A stretch of DNA of 64,000 nucleotides from Octopus vulgaris (taxonomy: Eukaryota), in assembly GCA_951406725.2 (NCBI GenBank), contig OX597822.1, forward strand, positions 73,532,001 through 73,596,000. Reading direction: 5' to 3'. The notes under the pieces were generated by a model. That model did no database searches. It saw nothing but the letters and a program-made list of their open reading frames with translations, and was not told the DNA's origin. Both the position numbers and the translations under genes were made by a program. Below, in pieces: positions 25,706 to 37,076 of the stretch (positions are counted from its first letter, which is position 1; every line of letters starts with the position of its first letter).

Positions 25706-26099
25706 GGTGCAGGAGTGGCTGTAATAAGAAGCTTGCTTCCCAACCATACAATTCCAGGTTCAGTCCCACTGCGTGGCACCTTGAGCAAATGTCTTTTATA
25801 GCCCTAAGCTGACTTGTGACTGAATTTGATAGACAGAACCCAAAAGCCTGCTGCGTGTGTGTGTGTATGTGTTTGTGTGTATATATATGTGTGTCGCGTG
25901 TGTACCGTTGGCGATTTTTTTCCTGTCTTCCCTTCTCTGGATCTTTCCTTCTCCTGTTTCCCACGAAGAGCTCCGCTCGAAACGTTAAACCCTCCTTTTT
26001 TCCTTCTTTCCTGAGCATTCAATAATACTATATTTGTTCCACGTCCCCGCGTTGTTGTGTTTTTTTGTGCTTTCTTGTTTGGATTAACTTTATATATAT

Positions 26100-26149
<50 letters not shown>

Positions 26150-26342
26150 GTGTGTATGTGTGTGTATATATATTGGTGTGTTTATGTCCCCATAACTTAG
26201 TGGTTCAGCAAAACAAATCGATGGAATAAGTACCAGGCTTAAAAAAACAAAGGTATCAGAGTCAATACATGTAACTATAAATTCTTCAAGGCAATGCCCC
26301 AGCATGGCCATAGTCTAATGACAAACAAGTAAAAGATAAAAG
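25706..26342 (+). mobile_element. SINE family A, interrupted in its internal microsatellite by a PLE-like repeat (about 25900-26090)
   Basis: Head at 25706 and 3' half at 26173-26342. The insert matches 63800-64000 and has a hammerhead-like gttt-cccacga-agagctccgctc-gaaacgtt^aaac. Confidence 0.7.
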
Positions 26343-26585
26343 ATATGCTGAGGTGTATGCCTTAATGGTTAAGGTTTTGCACTCATGATTATAAAAAGAT
26401 GGTTCTGATTCCTGGATCAGGTAACGTGTTGTGTTCGGGGACATAACAAGTCATTTCAGCTGGCAGAAGCAAGTAATCCAGTGAAAGAAGATATATATGA
26501 CACAGAATCCAGGAAACTGGCCTTATGAGTCTATGGCTCAGAAAAGACCTTTGATCCCTTTTTTTTTTTTTTTTTTTTTTAGCAT

Positions 26586-26930
26586 CTCGCCACCTAACTT
26601 CCTAGACTGCAACCTCCTTTATTATGTGTGGGGAACAGTTGAGTGAGAGATCAACGAAACACCTTGTAACACTAAAGATGAACTAAAGGCAAGGATTAAG
26701 GGCAAGCATTGACAAACTTAAACAAGGAGACAATCCAGAAGAGTTGCAGGAGTTTATTAAGTCGTCTTGAGGCTGTGTTTGAAACCAATGGCGATTTTAT
26801 TGAATAAATTTACTCTTTAGTATTTCAAGATATTTTTATGTAACTTTGGTAAATATATCAGTTAAAATGAGATGTCAGTGTTATTTTCATGTTTGCGTAA
26901 TTTAGACGACAGTCTATTCATCACACCCTG
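26586..26930 (+). mobile_element. Tc1/mariner-superfamily 3' remnant
   Basis: PPNFLDCN..YYVWGTVE*EINETPCNTKDELKARI (SPDxNP-like motif). It ends in cacaccctg|ta. Confidence 0.75.
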
Positions 26931-27196
26931 TATATGTATATTGGCGACCCCACTAGTGCTGGTGTCACTCAAGAAGCATCTGTAATGGGTCTAAATTAAA
27001 AAAAAAAAACCCGTGCTGGTGCCATGTAAAAAACACCTAGTACACTTTAAGTGGAAGGCGTTAGGAAGGGTGTCCAGCCATAGAAAGCCAGCCAAAACAG
27101 ACAATTGGAGCCTACGCCTTGCCAGCTCTGGTCAAGCTGTCCAACCCATGTCAGCATAGAAAACGGACGTTAACTGATGAGGATCCATACACACAT

Positions 27197-27258
<62 letters not shown>

Positions 27259-30127
27259 AATCTTTTATATTACAATGTTAATAGTTTCCTGTGGTGTAAA
27301 AAAACTTATGCTGCGGAAAGGGAATGGTAAAAGCGCGCGTGCAGTAGAGAGAAAGAGAGATTGGAACAGACACTAATGATGGGCACATACATACACATGC
27401 GAACACTGGCATACACCCAGAGGTAACTCAAGTTTCTCTCTTTCGTCAACATCGAACACTTTATAATGCATTAAATAGTATCAACGTACACTATGACAAA
27501 AAGGGTGGGATGGTTAAGTTGTGTTCGATCAGGCTTGTCGCAGATTTGACAACAAAACAGAAACAACGAAAGTTCATGGGCGCAGTGATCAGGCTAGTTT
27601 TTGTTCGTGAGTAAAAGAGGTATCTCAGTAAATGCTGTTTTACTACACGGTTTAAAACACGAGCGGGGTTTAACTACTGCAATGAAGAGACATCGCGGTT
27701 ACAAAACTCTTTCATTGAATTACAAGCAAACAAAAAGAAGCAAAGAAATATTGAGATATAAACCGAGGAATCAAATCATTTACGATTTATTATTACAAAA
27801 TTTCGACCACAACACAGAAAGGGAAGAGGATGGGTTTCTTAATGTACATATTTGAATGCCGCATTAAAAAATCTTATTTAATTATACGGGGTATGGAAAA
27901 TGACATAGCGGAATATAGAATTTATACGAAATAAATTAAACTAACAACTGATAAAATGTAAACTGATATTTTAATGACACAGAAATACTTAATAAATAAC
28001 TATAATACAATGTAACATATGCACACCACCCGTTTTCGACGGTCAGGGTTAGCGTAGGGTGCGTATTCTTTACCGCCGCCGTAACACAGATAGATAGATA
28101 TGTATTTGAGGGGACCGCATTTAAGAGCCTCTATTCTTTCAAAGGACGCATGTACTGCTCCACTCCTACAATAACACATTGAAGATCTTTCCGCTCCTAT
28201 TTGTCTAAAGTGATAGACAGGTGGACGCGTTTCCTTTTCAATCCCAGAGTTTTCAAGTAGTTGCCGTCTTTTATCAGGTTTTGTAACTCGCCAATTTTTA
28301 CACACATTTTATGACTGTATGATAAGAACCTCACCATGTTAAGTATACTGTTTTTATTCATTTTACTCTGCAAATAATACATTCTTTTTAATGTACACCT
28401 TTTATTTCCATATATGGAAATATACAGTAGGTTTGGAAGTGAGTACAGGAAACTAAAAAGTGTAACTGAACTTGACAGGCCGTAAAAAAATAATTCAGTC
28501 TCGAGATGTAGGGTAATTTCTAAGTTAGTATTAAGCAAAACCACATCAATTTCAGGTTCATTCAAAATAAGAAAACCCGCCCAAGTAACACTTTTTTTGC
28601 TTTTCTTTTTTGTCCCTTAAACGGAATTCCAGCCGTAACCATCATGCCTAGAGATATCTATCACTACATTATCTAAAGGTGTTTTTTTTTTTTTTGTAAT
28701 CACTAGGTGTCATTTGAGAAAGACCCGACAGTTATTTCGGGCAAATCGAGCTGTACTAGATATATGTCAAAGTCGCCTTTTTTTTTATGTCATATATATG
28801 TGGAAAAAAATACCGGTTATTGTTATAGACTACTATTATTGTTATTAATCAAATACTGTAACAACTATTTATAGAAATCAACAGATAAAGGCTGAAACGA
28901 TTAACAACGAGAGAAAGGAACACTCACCTTTCAAATTACTTTTCGCTACAACCATGACATCTAGTGTCTACTTGGAATTATATGCGTAGATTATAAAGCG
29001 TGTAATGGGTAGACAACTGTGCTAACCGGTCCTCTCGCGAAATAATTTTTTTTACTAAAGGTACAAAAACATGAAATTTTATTATATCTATCCCAGTGCT
29101 CAATTGTTTTTTTTTTTTCTTTTTATCAGCATCGGTTTTATTTGAACTGAAAATGTAAAGCCGCAAGAAATAAGCATTTTCTCCGGCGTGGTAAACCATT
29201 CAGTTAGCTCGCAACACCGCGTTTTGTAGCAATAAAACTATCAAAATAGTGTTAATTCTTAACAAAGTCGATAAAATGCGTATCATACATCGACATATGT
29301 AGCCTTCCTACCAATGTGAGACATTTTATAGACTATCAAGCAGTTTTAAGATGCAAGAAAAATTTATTTTTTAAATCAAAATAACCTTCGCTCCACTGTG
29401 GATTCGCAGATTCACAATAACATTCTTCTATTTTCATACAAGCGTTCCAACTGTGACTATTCTGTCTCTTAAAAACGTTCCAAACGTCACCGTTCCGATC
29501 ATTTAAAGTATTCCAGACGTGACCAACCAACCCAAATGCTTCTCATGTCATGCAGTTAACGCTTTCATTTCTTTTGTTATTCCTTGATTGCATTCATGTA
29601 CAATAGCGTCGGAAATTAACTAGCGCGCCAAAACAAAAGTGTAATTTCTTTGGATCTATTTGTTTTAAACGTCTTTTCTCTTTTATTTGTTTCAATCATT
29701 GTATTACGGCCATGCTGGGGTATCGCCTTGAAGAGATTTACTCAGACAAATTGATCTGATTACTTTGATTTTTTTTTAAAGTCAGGTATTTAGATACCGG
29801 CCCTTTTTTGCCGAAACACTAAGTACGGGAACGTAAACAGACTAACTCTGGTTGCCATGGTAGCCAAGCAGTGTTGGGTGACGCAGACAGTGACACTAAC
29901 AAATTTGTCCCCACTCCACCCCCAAAAATGGAATGTTGTGGGGGCGGAGTTTGTGTCCACTCCACACACACACATACACACAATTTCCGTAAATTTTCAG
30001 TTTTCACTTTTCGCAAAAATTACTTAGGATTAATATGACGCATAATTTTGAAGAATCATTATCTTAGTTGTTTACTACATAAAGCTGGAAATAATTTTTA
30101 TCTTAGTTCTTTCTTTTTTTTTTTTTA

Positions 30128-30165
30128 GGCGTAGAAGTGGCTGTGTGGTAAGTAGCTTGCTTACC
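30128..30165 (+). mobile_element. tRNA-derived head of SINE family A, cut at the Tx1 insertion point
   Basis: ggcgtagaagtggctgtgtggtaagtagcttgcttacc matches the heads at 24416, 46006 and 58991(-). The normal continuation aaccacatgg is replaced by Tx1 sequence. Confidence 0.9.
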
Positions 30166-33100
30166 TTACAAGAGCCAACACGTGTCTTTCCTTGTGGTTA
30201 GCATTTTTGCTGTTGTTACTGCTTTGTTGCATTACTTTTGGATTTCGAACGTGAATAATTTGTTTAAAAAAGTTGTTTAAAAATTACTGAACTATATTTG
30301 TTGGCCATTGTGGCAGTTTGTTATTTGTTGAACTGTGAATAGTCTTTTTAGACTATTTCTTGTGCTCCTCCCCCTAACTGGGGTGGGATTTGAACTTTGG
30401 GTTGCTGAAACACAAATTAATTATTTTTGTCCTCTGCGATGGGAAAACCATTTTTTTTTTATAGGTTTCCCAGTTTTGTGGGAAATCAATTTCTCTTGAA
30501 TTGTATTGATTTCAACCATATCGGTTGAAATCATTCGAGAAAAATGTGCTCTTGTAGAGAGCAATGTTGATGTTGGCAATTGCGCCAACACTGTGAAAAA
30601 GTTTCGGCGGTTGCTGCAGTGGTAACCGAAAATATTGATATTTCGGGAGATATGTTACAAGAATATTTCAAAAGGATGAAGGAGTGGGGAGGTGATGTTG
30701 TGATATCACCTTCCTCCACTGTATTAGAAACAGTGAAACTGACCGTAGTGTATAAAACCTTCTGCCCACAAGACAGAAGGTTTAAACACTTCGAAAAAGA
30801 AACAATCGAAAAGTGCCTGTCTCCGATATGGAAGGATATAGTGTATAACGCGAGGGGACGGGCATATGGTTCTGTTGAGGTCCATTTCTCAAAGGAAGAG
30901 GTGGCCCGCGGGCATTCCGTATGTCCCCTTCTACCAACTTATATGGGACGAAGAACGTCCCGTGTAAAAATCAACGGAAGTATCACCTGAAGTAGACCCG
31001 AAAGAAGTAGTGGCCGCCCTGCTGTTTAATAGGACGGAGCAAATAAAAATTACAAACAAGTTCCGCCCCCCACCCCCACCCACCCCACACACACACTAGA
31101 ATTGTTTTGGGCGGAACATTACAGTATTAAGTCAGGGAACACAGGAGGACATTCAGATCCTTCCGGAAAGGGTACTCGTCGGGGAGAATGTGGCCCTTAG
31201 AGTACAGATGGAAGGCTGAAAGCCCACCTGTTACCATTGTGAGAAAAAGGGTCACATTCGAGCTGATTGTGAAGAAAGGAAATTGTCGCAAACACCGGGC
31301 CCTGCAAATAAAATAAAAAAGTCCCGACCCCTGCAAACACATTAATCCCCACAAACACAAAGACTCCCACCCCCGTTGTTGAGGTGCCAATCCCCAAACA
31401 AAGCATGGAAAATCCAACCCCGCCACGCACAAGTCCCTACAAAAACAAAATTACCCACCTCCTTGAAAGATGCGGTACCAACAGAAAACACTGTCTTATT
31501 AACAATTGTCACCCACCCCTCAGATGATGCCATGGAGGTATCAGATGGTGAATTCATACCAGTGGGAAAAAAACGTTCGCGTAGACCTTCCCCACCCACA
31601 TCCCCCACACAAAATAGAAAAAACGCACCACAGACAACAAAAAAGAAACCCTGCCCAACTGTCCCGGAAGAAAATCAAAACTTAATTTTAATCGAATATA
31701 ACACAACGGACACGTGCACTAATGATATCATTGTACTACATAAAAAGACTATATTGTGCCCCCAACTCAAAGAATGGAAGAACAAATGTGCGATGATAGA
31801 AGAATCCCTATACCGGGAATTAAGGAACAGGCACCCGAATGCCTTATGGAAAATTATGGACTTTCCAAACTATGTGAAGAGAGAAGAGAAGAAGGGGGCT
31901 GAGTGCTGTGAGGGGCCAATCACAGTCAGTGAGCTGGGGGCGCTGATCAGAAAGGACCCGGGAAAGGGGGACGAGATCCGTAACTTTAGGCCCATAACTC
32001 TGTTAAACACTGAGTTAAAGATTTTGGCCAAGGTGTTGGCAAAAAGGTTGGCACGGGTCGTGGACAAACTTGTCGGGGAGGCGCAAACTTGTGCCGTCCC
32101 CGGCAGGTTGATCCACGACAATCTCCACCTTATACGCTACTCCTTAGAGAGGGTGAGGAAACTTTCTGGCGCAGGAGGAGCACTGGTGTATTTAGACCAG
32201 TCTGAAGCATTTGATTGGGTCGACCATCACTACTTGGCGGCGGTCCTCGGGGAGGCTGGCCTGGGCCCGACCTTTCGAGGTTGGATCGCTGCTTTGTATA
32301 GCGACATCGAGTCTGTCGTCAAGGTGAACGGGTTCTTTTCGAAACCGTTCAAGATCGAGCGTTCAGTTCGCCAGGGGTGTCCCCTGTCCCCGCTTCTGTA
32401 TGTGTTGGCTCTTGAGCCATTGCTGCGGAAGTTGGAGGCACTAGGGGGCGCACCGCATGATCTATGGTGTGGAAGAGGAGCTACGGTGTATGCGGATGAC
32501 ATCTCCATCATCGTAGCAGATGAAGGCCAACTTCCAGTGGTGGAAGAGGCCATCAAAAGCTACGAGGCGGTGGCAGGAGCAAAGGTTAACAAGGACAAGT
32601 CGGTCGGTTTGCAACTCGGCACCTGGAGGAGCAAGCCGATACCGTCCAATAACGTCGTGGGGCGTTGGACGGAAGGTCCTGTTAAGCTGCTCGGAGTCAT
32701 GATTGGTCCAGACCTCCAGATAGAAAAAAATTGGAGTGAGGTGACCGGCAGGGTGACCGCTCTAACCCAGACCTGGTCTGGACGGGCGTTATCCCTGCTA
32801 GGGAGGGCGGAGGTGGTGCAGATGTTCATAGCATCAGTAATCACCTACCGTCTGACCGTGGTGCCTTGCCCCGATTTGTGGCTGAACAAGTTGGAGAGAA
32901 TCCTTTTCCGCTTTTTGTGGAAGGGAGGAAAGCCACTCGTGAAGCGCTCTGTCTGCTGCCAGAAACCGCTAAAGGATGGGCTAGCGATGCCTTGGCTGAA
33001 GATGCGAAAATTCGTGTTAAGGTTGAGGCACCTCTGGCATTACCTGGATGGAGAGCAGGTGTGTTCACCGCACGTTCGGTTCTACCTTCCCCAGTTAACG

Positions 33101-33723
33101 TCCTTAACGGACATTGGTAATTGGATCAAGTGGAGACCTAAACTGGGGGACTGGCATTTGGAGTGTCATCAGGCACTCCAGCTACTCTCTCGGGCGGGCA
33201 ATGCCGGCAACAGGAGTTCCACCGTGGATTTCTATAGCGGGTTAGTGGAGTCTATCATTGAAATTGTGCCACTTCCTTTCCTCAGCAGGGAAAGGAAGGC
33301 TTGTTTTTCCTGCGTAGTAGCCATACTGAAAGAAATAGTATAGAAGACGCGTACGAAAGGTATAGTGACAGGTACCTTTATATCCGGCCAGGGACTGGTT
33401 AACTTTTTTAGTTACCACCTCGGTAGTAAGATCAGGCTGGAGAAGAGGTGTCTGTCAGGAGATATGTTTGTGAAAAGATGGAAGCCTGTGGCTTGCAAGC
33501 TGGGTATGTTTGGCACCAGGTAAGTGTGGCCGGATCAAGAAGTAAAGGTTCTACCCAGATGGCTGGGTTCCTTGCCCTACTATGTAACATTAAATTCGTA
33601 AACTTTCATTGAAATTTGTACCCATCATATTGTAAATTTTTAAAACGTTTTAAGCTACTTCGTCCTATATGTTTGTATGTCCTCTCTATGTAACGCCTTA
33701 ATGGCGAATTTTCATGAAATAAA
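30166..33723 (+). mobile_element. Tx1/L1-clade non-LTR retrotransposon with both ends present but internally deleted (no endonuclease)
   Basis: 5' UTR, then ORF1 remnants with a CCHC knuckle CYHCEKKGHIRADC (31229-31270), RT, and a 3' UTR ending aataaa. Flanked by the TSD aagtagcttgcttacc (30150-30165 and 33722-33737). Confidence 0.92.
31376..33343 (+). CDS. ORF1-tail/reverse-transcriptase fusion ORF of the Tx1 element (655 aa)
   Basis: NFRPITLLNTELKILAKVL, LDQSEAFDWVDH, SVRQGCPLSPLLY, YADD, VKLLGV. The stop at 33341 is probably a Trp-to-stop change, because the frame continues to 33523 (...FVKRWKPVACKLGMFGTR*). Confidence 0.85.
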   Translation: MLRCQSPNKAWKIQPRHAQVPTKTKLPTSLKDAVPTENTVLLTIVTHPSDDAMEVSDGEFIPVGKKRSRRPSPPTSPTQNRKNAPQTTKKKPCPTVPEENQNLILIEYNTTDTCTNDIIVLHKKTILCPQLKEWKNKCAMIEESLYRELRNRHPNALWKIMDFPNYVKREEKKGAECCEGPITVSELGALIRKDPGKGDEIRNFRPITLLNTELKILAKVLAKRLARVVDKLVGEAQTCAVPGRLIHDNLHLIRYSLERVRKLSGAGGALVYLDQSEAFDWVDHHYLAAVLGEAGLGPTFRGWIAALYSDIESVVKVNGFFSKPFKIERSVRQGCPLSPLLYVLALEPLLRKLEALGGAPHDLWCGRGATVYADDISIIVADEGQLPVVEEAIKSYEAVAGAKVNKDKSVGLQLGTWRSKPIPSNNVVGRWTEGPVKLLGVMIGPDLQIEKNWSEVTGRVTALTQTWSGRALSLLGRAEVVQMFIASVITYRLTVVPCPDLWLNKLERILFRFLWKGGKPLVKRSVCCQKPLKDGLAMPWLKMRKFVLRLRHLWHYLDGEQVCSPHVRFYLPQLTSLTDIGNWIKWRPKLGDWHLECHQALQLLSRAGNAGNRSSTVDFYSGLVESIIEIVPLPFLSRERKACFSCVVAILKEIV

Positions 33724-33737
33724 GTAGCTTGCTTACC

Positions 33738-34655
33738 TTTGTCGTAGACAGACGTTTTTTTTTGGCGGTGAGTCAAACGTTTTGTTGAACGTTGGAAAAT
33801 TTTTCTATTGGAATTGTTTATTGTTGAATATTTTCGAACTGTTGAACATCGTTGAACTTAGAAAACTTTTGTGCTTTTTCCCGGTGACGGGATTAATATT
33901 GAACTTATTAAAGCCGTTGTAGGCTTTTTTGTCGTGCCCCCACCAGCGGAGATGGGATTTGAACTGTTATCCTCATTAAGAGGAAAAAATATAGGTTTCC
34001 CGTTTTTTGGGATAAGCAATTTATTATTGCGTAAAAAATTAATTTTAGCCGTTGGAGGCTCTATTGTGACATCCGCCCCTAGCGTGGGCGAGATTTGAAC
34101 TGTTGTCCTCGTTGTGTAAAAAATATTATAGGTTTCCCGTTTTTTTGGATTCTGTATTTTTATTATTGAGTGAAAGAAAAAATTAATTTCGAACGTTGTA
34201 GGCTTTGTTGTTGCGGGAGTGGGATTTGAACTGTCCTCGTTGAGAGAAAAAAAAAGTAAAAAACTATAAGTTTCCCTTTTTCTGGGATTAAATTGTGTAT
34301 AATTTATTTCGAACGAAATATGTCGATCGAAATAATTCAAGAAACTAACCAGCTGCATGAACCAGCAACAGTATCAGCGACAGTATCTGCTGTTTCGTAT
34401 AAAAATGTTGTAATAGAAACGGAGAAGCTCTCCGAGCTTTTTGAGAGAATGAAAGAGGAGGGTGGGGATATAAAGATCTCACTCTCCCCTAGTGTTGAAA
34501 ATATGAAGAGAAGGGCAGTCGTTTACAAAACGTACTGTCCTTCATCGAAAAAATTCAAGCACTTCGAAAAGTGCGAAATAGAAAAATGCCTGGCCCCTAT
34601 ATGGAAAGATATAAAATACATAGCGAGGGGCCGGGAATATGGAACAATATTGAAT
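33738..34655 (+). mobile_element. Second Tx1/L1-clade element (5' UTR with about 135-145 bp repeats + ORF1 N-terminus), 3'-truncated
   Basis: It starts directly after the TSD. ORF1 ERMKEEGGDIKIS...VVYKTYCPSSKKFKHFEKCEIEKCLAPIWKDIKYIARGREYG is homologous to the ORF at 30580 but clearly diverged. Confidence 0.85.
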
Positions 34656-34916
34656 GTTTGAAAGAAAAGCGGAGACAGTACATTTTGTATTCTAAATATA
34701 ACTCAAAGAGGAGAAAAAGAAAAAAAAGAGGCAAAAAGAAGAGGAGAAAAAAGAGAAAAAGAAAAGAGAAAGGGGGGGAAAAAGAAAAAAGAAAATGAAG
34801 AGAAGAGAGAAAGAAAACAAAAATACTTTCAGTGATGACCACACCACACCTGTTTTTTTTCTTTTTACTTTTTTTTTTTTTTCGAAGAGGTTGCCATCCT
34901 TAAACCCATTCCAATA

Positions 34917-34971
<55 letters not shown>

Positions 34972-35056
34972 CATCCATCCATCCATCCATCCATCCATCC
35001 ATCCATCCATCCATCTATCCATCCATCCATCCATCCATCCATCCATCCATCCATCC

Positions 35057-35129
<73 letters not shown>

Positions 35130-35135
35130 GCCACC
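34917..35135. repeat. Compound (ATCT)n(ATCC)n(ATCT)n microsatellite
   Basis: Seen directly. Confidence 0.95.
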
Positions 35136-35393
35136 TATCTATCTACCTATCTCCATTGTCACGGAACCTCATCCCCCACCAAAAAAACAATGTTCTCTTC
35201 TTCTAAGCAAACCCCGCCAAATTGTCTGTTTTATATAAATGAACAAACTGTTTGCACATTCACAAAATTCCATTTAACAAATTCGAGAAACGAACTAAAG
35301 AGTTAATAGTAATGAAGAAATAAAAAGACTTTTTTTTCCAAAATTCTGACGATTTTTTTCTCACTATCCAATTTCTGTACACCACACATTACA

Positions 35394-35395
<2 letters not shown>

Positions 35396-35463
<68 letters not shown>

Positions 35464-35528
35464 GAGTGAAAGAGAAAGAGAGACAGACAGACAGAGAGTG
35501 AAAGAGAGAGAGAGAGAGAGAGACAGAC

Positions 35529-35559
<31 letters not shown>

Positions 35560-35563
35560 GAGT

Positions 35564-35594
<31 letters not shown>

Positions 35595-35598
35595 TGAA

Positions 35599-35635
<37 letters not shown>

Positions 35636-35639
35636 GAGT

Positions 35640-35670
<31 letters not shown>

Positions 35671-35674
35671 TGAA

Positions 35675-35745
<71 letters not shown>

Positions 35746-35752
35746 GAGTGAA

Positions 35753-35785
<33 letters not shown>

Positions 35786-35812
35786 GAGTGATAGAGAGAG
35801 AGAGAGAGAGAG
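35396..35812. repeat. (AT)n followed by a compound (AG)/(AGAC)/gagtgaaa repeat
   Basis: Seen directly. Confidence 0.95.
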
Positions 35813-36003
35813 AAGTATTTAAAGTGTTATCTGCTGAGAGAACCATCCCATCGCATACTTCCTTCCATACGAAAAATTTGCAAGGGGTAAAGGTTAGGTC
35901 GGGTCAAAGAATAAGATTAAGAAGATTTTGCGTGGCCAGAAAATAGACAGGCGGGCGTCAGAGATGGACGGAGAAGGAGAAATATTGGATGAAGGGTATA
36001 TTC

Positions 36004-36140
<137 letters not shown>

Positions 36141-36351
36141 TTCCCTTCTACGATCCCTTTTGATCGAAAACCTACGCCACCCTTTTTATTATTATTTTTA
36201 AAAAATTTTTTTAATTATTTTTATTTTTTGTTTTTTTTCATCCCCCAAAAGAAAAGCTCTACCTTGTAACTTGTCCCATCTGTGTGCAGCCCTGTGTGGC
36301 CAATAAAGAAACTTATCTATTTATTTGTGTATGTGCTTGTGGGTGTATGTG

Positions 36352-36382
<31 letters not shown>

Positions 36383-36389
36383 AGATATG

Positions 36390-36545
36390 CTCTTTTACAC
36401 GTCTCAGTCATTTGACTGCAGCCATGCTGGAGCACCGCCTTCAGTCGAGCAAATCGACCCCAGGACTTACTCTTTGTAAGCCTAGTACTTATTCTATCGG
36501 TCTTTTTTGCCGAACCGCTAAGTTACGGGTACGTAAACACACCTT
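36390..36545 (-). mobile_element. 3' half of SINE family A
   Basis: Reverse complement of 45370-45510. Confidence 0.85.
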
Positions 36546-37002
36546 TACCTATTCTGAATTACTTCAAAGGTGATGTTCCCACCCCTCTCTTCTATTTGTA
36601 GATACCTTTGTTTACCTGCCAATACGTTGTTTCACTTTAAGGATGCTTATTTACCCATCCATTATGATATTTCGACTGTTATCCATTGTTTCAAATATGT
36701 TTCAGCATTGTCAATCTAACCTTTTTAAAAGAATCACAAGAAATTTCGCTTTCATATGAAACAACTATATTTGTAGTCATTATCCGTAATCTACTTCCCA
36801 AACACTTCAGTAGCCCTACTTTGTATTGCTTGCAAACTTAAATATCCTATGATCATTAAAGTGCAACGCCCTCCACAATAACCAGCCTTCAATTTGATTT
36901 TCCGTTCCTAGGTTAATCGGAAACCTAGATTGCCGTGATACTCATAAACCTTCTCGGTAGTTCAGTTATTTGGAGAGAAAAATACCACCAAAGCAACTTA
37001 AA

Positions 37003-37030
37003 CCGTCCAAAGGACGGGTGCGTTTGCTAG
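37003..37030 (+). mobile_element. Helitron-type 3' terminus
   Basis: Hairpin ccgtcc-aaa-ggacgg followed by gtgcgtttgCTAG. The 5' extent is undetermined. Confidence 0.5.
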
Positions 37031-37036
37031 CGTGTA

Positions 37037-37067
<31 letters not shown>

Positions 37068-37076
<9 letters not shown>

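Noticed and set aside
28185-28260. SKVIDRWTRFLF resembling a Cys-loop receptor pre-TM4 motif
   Set aside because: It is flanked by stops, has no following hydrophobic helix and no other exons. Probably chance.
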